A program made the translations under genes and the position numbers. A DNA stretch of 63,940 nucleotides, counting the filler, from Octopus bimaculoides (lineage: Eukaryota), in assembly GCF_001194135.2 (NCBI RefSeq). It is 9 parts of 6 records of this genome, joined end to end, with 100 filler letters (N's around TTAATTAATTAA, not from the genome) between each part and the next. Parts side by side here need not be neighbours in the genome. Positions count along the whole stretch, not along the records: positions 62,891 to 63,940 come from NW_026315902.1; 8 more parts are not named here. The stretch is one strand, 5' to 3'. The notes beneath the pieces are model-generated. The model saw only the letters and a list, made by a program, of their open reading frames with translations. It was not told where the DNA came from and searched no databases. Of this stretch, positions 63,421 to 63,940 are shown piece by piece; position 1 is the first letter of the stretch; each line of letters begins with the position of its first letter.

Positions 63421-63940
63421 TATACACACGTGAAGAAGGTCAGTAGCCATATTGAAGACAAAATACACCCAATGTTTAGTAGAAAATAANNNNNNNNNNA
63501 AGCCATTACGTGAAAAATGTGCCTCTTTGAAACGAAAACAATAAACAGCTTTGACATGTTAGCAAATGGTAACAAGGAATAATCTTGCATATGAAAGGGA
63601 ACCAAATATAATGTGTATGAAACACAGGAAAAAATCGCATGACTTACTATATACACTGAGGTCTATGTGAAGCAGAGTGGAAGTTGATGTTTATCAAATG
63701 AGTTGCGAGTTGTTGGGGATGACACAGAAAATGTGTCATGTTGAACAAAGGCAACGTTACCACTATGCCATCAAATACGCAACTGCCATGCTATTTAAAA
63801 TAAGGGTACACAATACAGCTGGGTGGAAATTGCTACTTGTATTATTACACCTCCAGCTCTGAATGGCTGGAGTCTGCCAAAGCACAACTGAACTAAGCCA
63901 CAGCAACAAAATAGATCTTTTCCCGTCTTACTACAGAAAT

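Overview
Repeat-dense, AT-rich animal genomic DNA, most likely Octopus (inferred from the SINE/LINE/Penelope repertoire and microsatellite load, not from a database search). The window is not one contiguous sequence. Eight artificial 100-bp joins (44 N + TTAATTAATTAA + 44 N) split it into nine blocks whose relative order and orientation cannot be assumed. The only host gene I can support is Lunapark (lnpk), seen as two in-frame internal exons on the minus strand (37282-37469, 35017-35075); its other exons were not found. The rest is mobile DNA: three tRNA-head SINE families, RTE and R4/Dong-type LINE fragments, a decayed Helitron with its 3' CTAG end, four Tc1/mariner elements or MITEs, piggyBac-like MITEs and several Penelope-like (GIY-YIG) remnants. 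The most interesting observations are: (i) an 18-bp minisatellite that is an amplified six-codon piece (TKTPGL) of a 5'-truncated R4-type LINE, itself inserted at the end of a Penelope endonuclease; (ii) an apparently intact minimal hammerhead ribozyme within a 352-nt direct-repeat (retrozyme-like) unit, plus several decayed hammerheads; (iii) a locally generated ~90-bp-arm fold-back in a lnpk intron, a candidate ADAR substrate; and (iv) an ORF remnant I could not classify. I found no convincing wholly new multi-gene system. Most long ORFs in the supplied track are microsatellite or N-run artefacts.
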